Shown: in pieces, positions 20,559-30,000 of the stretch
Numbering within the stretch: position 1 is the first letter of the stretch
Layout: each line of letters begins with the position of its first letter
Origin: an uncultured Planctomycetaceae bacterium
GTDB lineage: Bacteria > Planctomycetota > Planctomycetia > Planctomycetales > Planctomycetaceae
Length of the DNA: 64,000 nucleotides
Reading direction: 5' to 3'
Assembly (NCBI GenBank): GCA_963976765.1
Contig: CAXBME010000013.1
Span: forward strand, 124,001 to 188,000
The notes under the pieces: model-generated
Database searches by the model: none
The model's input: the letters and a program-made list of their open reading frames with translations, nothing else
Told to the model about the DNA's origin: nothing
Program-made: the position numbers and the translations under genes

Positions 20559-22736
20559 ATGAAGGCCGCACCGACCAACTTTCGAAGGTGGCGGGGAGAA
20601 ATGTCCGTTGCCGGAACCCATCAGGAATGCCCGGTGATCGGGCGAATGATGATTGGTGCTGCAGCCCTGCTGGGGCTGCAGCCAGTTTTCGATGGATCGT
20701 TATGGTGGCATGTTGCGCGCGGACGTTCAGCGTTGAGCCTCAACTCGCTCCCGTCCGCAAGCCTGCTCGGTGCGGATGTTGCCGCCGAGGCTGACTGGCT
20801 GAGCGGGATTCCGTCGGCACTTGCATTCGACCTTGGTGGACTGCACGGGCTGATGGCTCTGCAGCTGCTGATTGGCGTTTCAATTGCTGTGGTGCTGATC
20901 CGTGCGGTCGATGACGGCCACATTGGCCTCAAAGCATGGCTAATGCTTCCAGCATTGCTGATTCTGTGCAACCGCTCGTTGCCGGTGCCAATCTCACTGA
21001 CAATTCTGGCGATTCCACTCGTGTGGAACATTGCCCGCGACCAGCAGCGGGAACCAGTGTCCGCCCGCCTGGTGCAATTGTTCGTTGTCTGTGTTCTTGC
21101 CGCGAATGTGGCCCCCGGCGTTTTGTGGTTCGTGGCGACTGTTGCCGTCGCCGGAATCATGCGGAGCAAATCACCGAAAGCACGATTTTCGCTTCATGGA
21201 TTTTGCCAAAGCCTGGGGGTAGCCGTTGCGGCTGGATGTCTGACTCCTCGCGGAGTGTTCGCATATCGGGATGCCATCGTGCTGGCGTTCCCGCAGACGA
21301 GTGTTTCGCGTGCTTATCTGGTTGATACTCAATTCGACGTTCTGGCAATGTCAGATGACCGTACCGCGATTGCATTATTTGTTGTGTTGACACTTCTGGT
21401 CGCGATGCAGCTTTTCCGACAACGGTCGCACGTTGAGGTCTGGGCATGCTTCGGAGTTCTGCAGTTCTGCGCGTGGAGCTGCTCGGCCAATCTGTTGCCG
21501 GTGACCGTGCTGCTTGTGCTGCTTGCCACGATCGAAGAAGACTCAACGGAACTCTGCATCCGGAAGATTTCTCGGTTTCTACAACAATCTCAGCCAACAG
21601 CGTTTGTCGTCACCGCGAGCGTGCTGGTTGCCATTTGCGTTTTGGGAATTGCGAATCCGGATCGCCGGGGCGGCTGGGGCGTTGCTCCTTTTCTGGACTA
21701 TCGGCCACTACAGCGAGATCTGGTTGATCTGGATTTTGAAGGCACCGTACTGGCCGACGACATTCTTGGTGCGGGAATTGTGGCGTTGCTGCAACTCCCA
21801 GGCGTCAGGGTACAGGACACTCCCGAACGTGCTTTGCTGGGAGGCCGCTGGGTCAGCCGCTGGCACTTGTGGGACGACATCGCGCACCAGCGGCGGATGC
21901 CTTACGACCGTGACGATGGAACAACCGGAGGCTGGTGGCTTCCGATGCAGGACCAGGGAGTATCTTTGCTGCTCGTCAATTCGCGGCATCATCGAACGTT
22001 GCGAGCGCTCGATACAACATCGTGGCGAATGCTCTCGCTTGACTCGACGGTTATTCCGTTCGGATTTTCCGGCGAGGCAGCAATGGCGCGGCCAATCATG
22101 CAATGCTGGAACGACCGCCGCATGGTGGACTACGGACCGTGGCAGTACGAATTCCCGGGCGAGTCGGTCGATTGGGCGCGAACAGATTTTCTGGCAGTGC
22201 GTGGGGAAACGCCGTTGTCTGATGAAGCCCGTCGTCTGGCTGCTGTTTTTCAAACGTTGGATCTCGAACATGCAGCGGCGAAAGTGCTGACGGCCGCACT
22301 CGCCGCGCGAAAGTCATCAGCGATTATCAATCAGTTATGCGAAGTGAAGTGGAGACAGGCGATTGCCGAACGCGTGCGATCATCGCAAGCGAGTGCCTGG
22401 ACTCGATGGCTTGCCATTTACCGTGGCAAAAACAGTCCGTTTCGAGAAGGTTCGCAGGAGGAAGATTTTGGACCGGAGAGGCCAGGCATATCGATCCCAA
22501 CCGAAAGCTGGACCGAAGCTCGAAAATTCTACTTTGAAGGCAAGCTGCAAAAATCGCTGGACGTTCTTATTTCAGATGACCCACACACCATGTACGCTCG
22601 AAGCCAGTTGCAGTTTGAAATGGGGCGCCCTGATCTGGCGACCGACACGCTGAAGAGCAAAAGAATGATCACGTTTATGCAGCACGACCGGGTTCTTTCC
22701 ACGTTGGTAACTCATGAACTTCAGTCTGCAGAGTAA
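20559..22736 (+). CDS. Polytopic membrane protein with C-terminal TPR-like helices (module paralog 3)
   Basis: 'SLWWHVARGR', 'ADWLSG', 'ANVAP', 'CLTPRG', 'GGWG', 'RDDGTTGGWWL', 'YARSQLQFEMGR' are collinear with 12939-15092. True start may be downstream. Confidence 0.8.
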   Translation: MKAAPTNFRRWRGEMSVAGTHQECPVIGRMMIGAAALLGLQPVFDGSLWWHVARGRSALSLNSLPSASLLGADVAAEADWLSGIPSALAFDLGGLHGLMALQLLIGVSIAVVLIRAVDDGHIGLKAWLMLPALLILCNRSLPVPISLTILAIPLVWNIARDQQREPVSARLVQLFVVCVLAANVAPGVLWFVATVAVAGIMRSKSPKARFSLHGFCQSLGVAVAAGCLTPRGVFAYRDAIVLAFPQTSVSRAYLVDTQFDVLAMSDDRTAIALFVVLTLLVAMQLFRQRSHVEVWACFGVLQFCAWSCSANLLPVTVLLVLLATIEEDSTELCIRKISRFLQQSQPTAFVVTASVLVAICVLGIANPDRRGGWGVAPFLDYRPLQRDLVDLDFEGTVLADDILGAGIVALLQLPGVRVQDTPERALLGGRWVSRWHLWDDIAHQRRMPYDRDDGTTGGWWLPMQDQGVSLLLVNSRHHRTLRALDTTSWRMLSLDSTVIPFGFSGEAAMARPIMQCWNDRRMVDYGPWQYEFPGESVDWARTDFLAVRGETPLSDEARRLAAVFQTLDLEHAAAKVLTAALAARKSSAIINQLCEVKWRQAIAERVRSSQASAWTRWLAIYRGKNSPFREGSQEEDFGPERPGISIPTESWTEARKFYFEGKLQKSLDVLISDDPHTMYARSQLQFEMGRPDLATDTLKSKRMITFMQHDRVLSTLVTHELQSAE

Positions 22737-23892
22737 TACTGACCGGTCGAAAGTGATGGCGTCAGGGGGCGTCGCGCTGTCTCTGGTCGTCCTGGCTGGA
22801 GTGCTGGTAATTCAGCATCAGAACGATCCTGTCCCCGGACCGGCGGTGTCGAGTGTGGTTAGGCCACCTGAATCGAAAAGCTGTGTCGATTGTCATGAAC
22901 TTGCCAGTCACTTCGAATCAGTACCTCATGCTCAGACGTTGCATTCATCCTCGGACGCTGACTTTCGAGAACGATTCGCCGGACAGGAATTCCAGACTGA
23001 AGACGGCGAATTGATGTTTCGCTTCTCCCAAGAGAACGACACTTTGTGGTGCGAATCAAACTCGTTTCCACAACCGGTCGCCATAAGCTGGCTGCTGGGG
23101 TCAGGGCATCATGCCATCACACCCGTTTCGACCTGGGAAAACGCTTCCGGAGAAACGGAGCTGCTTGAGCTCGCCGTCTCGTGGTACCCCGATCGTGGCC
23201 TCGGTCTGACACTCGGACAGTCGCCTGACAGTATTTGGAATGCAATTGGTATTGATCGACTCGGGAAGCGGTCTTCTCATGGTGAAACGCTTGAATGTCT
23301 GGGTTGCCACAGCACCTGGCTGCCGCTCGACGATGGCCGCATCCGGCTCCAGGAAGTCGATCCGGGAGTAACCTGTTACCGATGCCACACCGGAACTGCG
23401 GAGCATCTTGCGTCTGACGGTGAAGCAACGCCGCCCGGATTTTCGTGGACAGATCTCACACCACTGGAATCAGTGAATCGCTGCGGGAACTGCCATCGCC
23501 GAGCGGACCAGATGACTGCCGAGGAATTAACCGTCGACAATCAGCTATTGATCCGGTTTGCGTCAGCTTCCCTCGTGCAAAGCGAATGTTTTCTGAGACA
23601 GGCCGTAACTTCTGACGACAGGAGTCTGCGTCTTGACTGCCTGACGTGTCACGATCCACACCGTCCAGCGTCGACAGATTCCGTTTTCTACAGCGATCGA
23701 TGCCGAACCTGTCATGACGGAGCATCACAGAAGGAGTCGACGTGTCCCGAAATGACGCGTGACAGCAATTGCCTGCCGTGCCACATGCCGAAAGTCGAGA
23801 TTCACCCCAATCTTTCGTTTACCGATCACTGGATTCGAATTCGCGAACTCGATTTGACCGGAATTCGACAACCTCGTGGACAATCACGCTGA
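22714..23892 (+). CDS. Membrane-anchored multiheme c-type cytochrome, 7 CxxCH motifs
   Basis: CVDCH, CLGCH, CYRCH, CGNCH, CLTCH, CRTCH, CLPCH; WLLGSGHHA; 'PLESVNRCG.CHRRADQ' as in 15073-16227; FTDHWIRI. Confidence 0.9.
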   Translation: MNFSLQSNTDRSKVMASGGVALSLVVLAGVLVIQHQNDPVPGPAVSSVVRPPESKSCVDCHELASHFESVPHAQTLHSSSDADFRERFAGQEFQTEDGELMFRFSQENDTLWCESNSFPQPVAISWLLGSGHHAITPVSTWENASGETELLELAVSWYPDRGLGLTLGQSPDSIWNAIGIDRLGKRSSHGETLECLGCHSTWLPLDDGRIRLQEVDPGVTCYRCHTGTAEHLASDGEATPPGFSWTDLTPLESVNRCGNCHRRADQMTAEELTVDNQLLIRFASASLVQSECFLRQAVTSDDRSLRLDCLTCHDPHRPASTDSVFYSDRCRTCHDGASQKESTCPEMTRDSNCLPCHMPKVEIHPNLSFTDHWIRIRELDLTGIRQPRGQSR

Positions 23893-24219
23893 CGCATAAC
23901 CGTCGTCATCGCGCCGGACAGTTCATTCTGGCGGGCGGTCAATTGCTTGTGATTCAGCCTCCTGTTTCCGCGTTCGTCGGTTCCGCAGCTGGTAAATGCT
24001 GAGTGTCCTTAACTCGGCTTTCAAAGCCGCCGGACTGTCATCTCGCGCTGCAAACTCTCTGAATTCATCGATCAAGTGATGGCTTCAGACGGGGCAGTAC
24101 GATGAAGATCGTGGACTCGCCGCAGCATCTGACGTCTTGACGCAGACTCGTGGCGAGAAGGGATCGAGGACGGGCAGGAGACTTGCTGGTGGATCGGTTC
24201 ATCGAGGGCTGTTTTTCCT

Positions 24220-25170
24220 GGCCGTCGCTGAAACCATCGGGCCTCGCCGAGCGTCCGAGCAGGATAAGCTCGAAGAACTCTTTGAAGCCAGGTTCTCCGA
24301 GGCGCTGAAGACGGTCGGCAAGAATTTTAAATTCGTGAGGCTCTACACCGAACGAGGTCAGTTCAAAGAGCAGATTCTCCGAGTCATCGGCACGGACCTC
24401 AACGGGTACGTCCTCGACGACTGCGCGATCGACCACCGGGAGCAGAATCCGCTGGAGCGGTTCAATCCGAATAACATTCTTGACGCCGAAGGCATCAAGA
24501 AGATCACTCAGTTGACAGCTCTTGAAAAAGTTCAGGAGAACCAGTTTACGCGTGAAAAAGAAAAGACCCCTAAGAAGCAGGATGTCGAAGCTCAGGAAGT
24601 CATCCCGGAACTCGAAAAGCAGCGGGTCTAAGCTGTCGAAAAACAGAAGCGGGAAATCCCACGATCACTTCGCGGGAACAGGCAGTCGCCATAACGCTCG
24701 TCGAAAAGGACACCCAGGAACCGCTCGTCAAGCAGGTCAAAGCAGCGGAAGCGTCGAAACTGCTGCTGATCTGACAGCCGAGCAGATTGTTGTCGAAACC
24801 GAAGCTCGTCGCGCGTCAGCTGAGAAAGATACTTTGGTAACCAAAGATGCCGGCAGAAGCGAAGGTGTTGCAGAAGACTGCCGTGGCCGAGGCATTGAAA
24901 GCCGCTCGCATCGACATTGTTGGTGGGGAGTCAACATCCTTCGATCAGATTGTCGGGACCACCAGAGCCGGCAATGCAGTTGACCAATTTATTCATAACA
25001 GCGAAACCGTGACCGACATCAAGCAGACGTTCTTCAATGGCGATTCGGAATACTTCAAGAACAAACTGGCCGGGTTCGTCACGCAGTTCAACATGAGCTT
25101 TGACGATGTGAAGGAACTGTCGGTCGCCGTCACGTTCCCGATTGCCGCATCGTCCGCACGACCGACTTAA
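24220..25170 (+). pseudogene. Decayed flotillin/SPFH (band 7, YqiK-like) gene
   Basis: Segment 'LEELFEARFSEALKTVGK...QILRVIGTDLNGYVLDDCAID...NNILDAEGIKKITQLTA' and C-terminal 'ARIDIVGGESTSFDQIV...FFNGD' fit this family. No N-terminal TM or start, in-frame TAA at 24629-24631 followed by coding-like AVEKQKREI, frame changes and a shortened coiled coil. Confidence 0.7.
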
Positions 25171-25569
25171 ACAAGTGCACTGGCAACGTCGGGCGACGGT
25201 GAGCCAATCGAGAATCGGATTACTGTGATGAGTCGCCTGCCGAAATCATTCACTGGCGTGTTGCGAGAAAAGTTTGAGCTGATGCGAGCGCAGCTCGAAC
25301 CGATTCACCGAGCGATCAGTGCCCAAAACGCCGATAGGGGAAATCTTCAGAAGCGACTGGAGGATTCGGTGAAGGCGTACCAGCGTTGATCGGCCGGATC
25401 GATTCTGACTCTGACAAGCCGAGTCGCGGCAAACGTCTGTAGGCGGAGGCCGGAACTTTGCGGTGCCCGTTCCCGCCTGCTTTCTTCGATCGAGGCTTTG
25501 CGTTATTCATTGCGCGTCCAGTTGTCGACGGTGAATTCCAGCAGCACGCTTAATCGGAGTCCGTTTCGG

Positions 25570-26466
25570 ATGCGTAAGAAAACGCTTGGTCGCACAGGCA
25601 TTGAAGTAACTCAACTCGGCTATGGAAGTATGGGCCTGCGCGGACCAAAGACGTGGGGCGTGCGCGTTGTCAGTGAGAAAGCTGCTGACACGTTTCTCAA
25701 TTCTGTTCTCGACGCCGGGATTAACTTCATCGATACGTCGCCCGATTACGGAGTCAGTGAGGAACGAATTGGCCGCTACATCAGCGGTCGGAGGAGCGAG
25801 TTCTACCTCGCGACAAAATGTGGCTGCGTTTACACGCAGCACGAAGATCACCTTGAAATTGATCATGTCTGGGATCGTGACGTCATTGCTCGAAACCTCG
25901 AAACGAGCCTGGAGCGACTCCAGACTGACCATATCGACATTCTGCAATTCCACGGCGGCGAAGCGGAATCTCTACAACGCGCGGGTTTAATCGAAACGCT
26001 GCTGGAGTTTCGTGATCAGGGCATGATTCGATTTATCGGCTCGTCCAGTTCGCTACCGAAACTGCCTGCGATGATCGAGCTGGGAGTCTTCGATACGTTT
26101 CAGATTCCGTACGCGTGTCTCGCGCCACAGCATCATGATCTGATCACGAAGGCTGCTGAAACCGGTGCCGGGATCATCATTCGCGGAGGCGTCGCGCAAG
26201 GCGGCCCGGACGCCGAGATTCAGCGGGAAGCTTTGAACGCCGTCTGGTTGAACGCGAAGCTTGACGAAATTCTGCCTGCAGGAATGACGCGTGCTGAACT
26301 GATCCTTCGCTACACGCTCTCGCACCCGCATTGTCATACGACGATCGTCGGGACGTGCAATGCGGATCACCTTGCCGAGAATCTTGCGTCAGCTGATGCC
26401 GGTGCGTTGCCGACGGAACTCTACGACGAGATTTCTTCCCGGGTTTCGGTCGCAATCGCTGAGTAG
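25570..26466 (+). CDS. Aldo/keto reductase
   Basis: MRKKTLGRTGIEVTQLGYG; GINFIDTSPDYGVSEERIG; LATKCG; SLERLQTDHIDILQFH. Confidence 0.92.
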   Translation: MRKKTLGRTGIEVTQLGYGSMGLRGPKTWGVRVVSEKAADTFLNSVLDAGINFIDTSPDYGVSEERIGRYISGRRSEFYLATKCGCVYTQHEDHLEIDHVWDRDVIARNLETSLERLQTDHIDILQFHGGEAESLQRAGLIETLLEFRDQGMIRFIGSSSSLPKLPAMIELGVFDTFQIPYACLAPQHHDLITKAAETGAGIIIRGGVAQGGPDAEIQREALNAVWLNAKLDEILPAGMTRAELILRYTLSHPHCHTTIVGTCNADHLAENLASADAGALPTELYDEISSRVSVAIAE

Positions 26467-26506
26467 CGGGTGTCGCTGCCAGAAGCGTTCCGGCAACGAG
26501 TTGCTG

Positions 26507-26556
26507 TTGACTTAATTACAAATGTACGTCATTGTTCGTCGCAATTACGGATGTAC
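26507..26556 (+). promoter_or_regulatory. Promoter with two BlaI/MecI/CopY-type operator boxes
   Basis: TTGACT (-35-like, 26507-26512); TACAAATGTA (26517-26526, exact TACA-N2-TGTA) and TACGGATGTA (26546-26555, one mismatch) directly upstream of the BlaI-family gene. Confidence 0.8.
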
Positions 26557-26576
26557 GTGGAAAAGGAGTCGACACG

Positions 26577-26954
26577 ATGCCTGAACGCCCTGCCTTGTCA
26601 AAAGGCGAAATGGAAGTCGCTCGAATTCTGTGGGAGCTGAAGAAAGCCACGGTGCGGGAAGTTCACGAAGCCTTGCCAGCTGGTCGGAAGATGGATTTCG
26701 CGACAGTGCAGACCTATTTGCGACGGCTCGACACCAAGGGATACGTGAAGGCGGAACTGGATGGCCGCACTCGCGTGTACTCGGCTCGAGTCCGACCGGC
26801 CACGGTGATTCGTGAAACGGTCGGCGATCTTGTTGACAGACTTTTTGGTGGTGAGACGCTTCCGTTGATGAGACATCTGATCGAGGACGGTCGCGTGAGC
26901 GATGAGGAACTCGCTGAGCTGCGACGACTGATCGACCGGCTTGAGGATCAATAA
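26577..26954 (+). CDS. BlaI/MecI/CopY family transcriptional repressor
   Basis: LSKGEMEVARILWE...ATVREVHEAL...FATVQTYLRRLDTKGYV...RVYSA...VDRLFGG; RBS AAGGAG. Confidence 0.93.
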   Translation: MPERPALSKGEMEVARILWELKKATVREVHEALPAGRKMDFATVQTYLRRLDTKGYVKAELDGRTRVYSARVRPATVIRETVGDLVDRLFGGETLPLMRHLIEDGRVSDEELAELRRLIDRLEDQ

Positions 26955-27023
26955 GCTGGCGATGACCGGCGAAAGGCTGCCGGTTTGCTTTCAATGGTTG
27001 TCCGCCATTAAAGGATCAGAAGG

Positions 27024-30000
27024 ATGGCATCCGGATTCGTTCCCATCGCATTGTCCCAATTGTGGCAGGTGACGCTGCTGATTCTTATTGTGGCCGCCGT
27101 CAACCGATGGGCCACGCGTCAAAGACCGCACCTGTCGCATCTTCTGTGGCTGGTCGTTCTGCTGAAGTGTGTGACGCCGCCGTTGTGGGCGAGTTCGGGC
27201 GGTGTTTTCTGTTGGCTGCAACCCGAGGTGCAGATCGAGACGACTGTCGCCGCTGAGTGGGTAACGACGCCGCCCGACTGGGAGCAACTTCTCGAAGTCG
27301 ACTCGCAGGTTGTATTCCATGCAGACGATTCCGGGAGCGAGATTGCCGGCGTCATTCTGGAAGATGCTGAGGCTGACGAACTGCTCCAGAATGAGAACGT
27401 TGTTGAGATGCAGACAATAAAACCTGACAAACGCGGTTTCGGAGAAGTGGTAATCGTCGTCTGGCTGGGAGTGGTCCTGCTGGTTCTTCTTGCTGTGATA
27501 TTTCGATGGCTGAATTTCTGGCGACTGGTGCGATCGTCGTCGCAGCGAGAATCGCCTGAACTGGTCGCGCTGCTCGATTCGCTGTCTCGGCAGCTTGGTG
27601 TGCGTCGTCGAGTGCGGCTGATTGTGACCGAGAGTCTGGTTGGACCGGCGGTGATCGGCTTCTTCCGAGTGACCGTACTGATTCCGGCCGTCGTGGCCGA
27701 CAAGCTTCAGGGAAAAGCCGTTGCGCCGATTCTTGCTCACGAGTTGCTGCATATCCGACGCGGCGACCTGTGGGTCGGCCTGTTGCAGACTCTGGCCCAG
27801 GCCATGTGGTGGTTCCATCCGCTGGTCTGGTGGGTCGGTCGCGTGACCACTCGTGAGGCCGAGCGCTGCTGCGATGAAGAAGTGCTCGGCGAATTGAATT
27901 GTGATCCCGCCAGCTACGCCCGAGCGCTGCTCGACGTCCTGGATTTAAAGAGTCAACTGCAACCCGTTCCTGTCTTCCCCGGTGTACGACCGGTCGACGT
28001 TACTTCACAACGATTGGAGAGAATCATGACGCTGCGACAAGGATGTCGACGTCGAAGTCCGTGGTGGTGCTGGCTCGTAGCGATGATGGCCGCTGCCGTC
28101 GCGCTGCCGGGTGCGGCGTTTGTGGTGAGTGCACAGGATGAGGAACCACTGGATGCGCTTCAGGCTGAAGCGGTACCGCTTCCGGCTCAATTTCCAGCAC
28201 CACAGGTGGACGGCCAACCGCGACCGGCTCGTTCGGTTCTTGAGGGGCAGTTGGTGCGGGCGTACAACTTGGCGGATCACGACTCTGCGGAGACAACTCA
28301 TGTGTACGCGACGGCAGAGTTCGCGCACCTGCTGGGCGGTTCGGAAGTCGAACAGCGGCAGAAGCTGGAACAGCTTATCCGATCACGCGAGCAGGCGAAG
28401 GATGCTGAGATTAACTGGTTCGATGACAGGCCAGTTGTCCGCACCACGAATGCCGGACATCGAGCGGTTCGAGAGTGCATTGCCGTGCTGCTGGGAAGTG
28501 ATACGACGGCGAAGCAGTTCGACGAGTTTCTCGACAATGTGACGAAACGTACTGAGGAAACAGTCGTCGTTGATCTGCAGTTCGTCACGATGAACGACAG
28601 CTCGTACAGCGAAATCGAAGACGCGCTGATCGAAGTTGAGGAACTTGATGACTTTCCACTGGTCCTGCCGACTGAGAAGTGGGACTCGCTGCTCAAGGCG
28701 GTCCCGCATGACGACGCCTGGTACTACCTCGCCCCACAACTGGCCGTTTTCAATGGTCGCACAGTTCACATCGAAAGTGTGGCTCAGCACCCGCCGGTCA
28801 CTGTTCGATCGGAGAATCCGTATCGCACGCACGGCGGCCTGCCGGGAGCGTCAGACTGGGTGGGCTGGAAGGCACTCGCCCTGCCGGTCGTTCATGATGA
28901 CGACACATTCTGGCTGGGGATGCGGTTTGAAGTGCGATCGCTGGCTGTATCTGAAGAAGATTCGGCGCAACTCAATGAGACGGAGCCGCTGATTCGCCGT
29001 CATGAAGTCGGCTTCACGGCAACGCTGCGCGAAGGACAGGTTGTCGTGTTGCCGGGTTTGAACGTCAACTACGGCAGAACTTCCGGCAGCAGTGGCTCGA
29101 CGTTCCTCGCGGCACGAATCCGGATGCTCGATCCAACACCTGTCCCGAATGCAGTGCCGTCGCCGAAAGCTCTTACGGGAATCGGTGTGAAATCGGACTC
29201 AAGCATTACCGGTGAATTTGTGGAGGATTTACCGCCAGCTGCCGATCGCGACCCGGTGATCCGGCAGGTGGGTGCCCAGGATGCTCAACTGAGCGAAGCG
29301 GACAAGCCTGCTGAGGTGGATCGTCGACAGATGCTGACGCGGCGTTCGCTGGGGCCGCTGCTCCTGACGCTGAGCATTCGAGGCGACGGGGCTGTCCGGC
29401 CACGCGCGACTGTGCTGTTCGAAGATGCCGACGGCAACGAAGTGCTGGCCGGAACAGCGGACGATGTCCAGATCACCGAGAGGCATCACGTCCGGATCAT
29501 TGAGATGGTCAATGCGAATCTGAAAACGATCGGAGTTGCCAATCACCAGTTCATCGCGAAGCGGCTACGACTGATCTTCGATCCGGACGAGAATCCACGA
29601 GGAAAACTACGAATGCAGCTTGAAGCAGCTGACGTTGAATTCGAGTCCGACGGGCGCAAGTCGAATCTGTCGGCACGGTGGATTGACCTGTTGCTGAATG
29701 TTGACCCATTTACGATTGAAGAAGCGAAAGCTTCGAAGATGGCAGCAGTGAAGACGGAAGTACCTGTTGTCTCTACTCAACAGGATGATCCAGCGCCGAA
29801 TCAATCGATAAGCGAAAAGCAGTCTCAAGACGCGAGGGAAACAGCTGGGGAACGGACTCACCGGATTCTCAATCAGCTTGTTGCGGTTTCATTTCCTGAG
29901 ACGCCACTTGATGACGTGTTGAGATCACTGTCGAAGTCTCACGGTCTCAATATCGCGCTCGACGCACGGGGGCTGGAAGAAGAAGGGCTGCGGGCAGATT

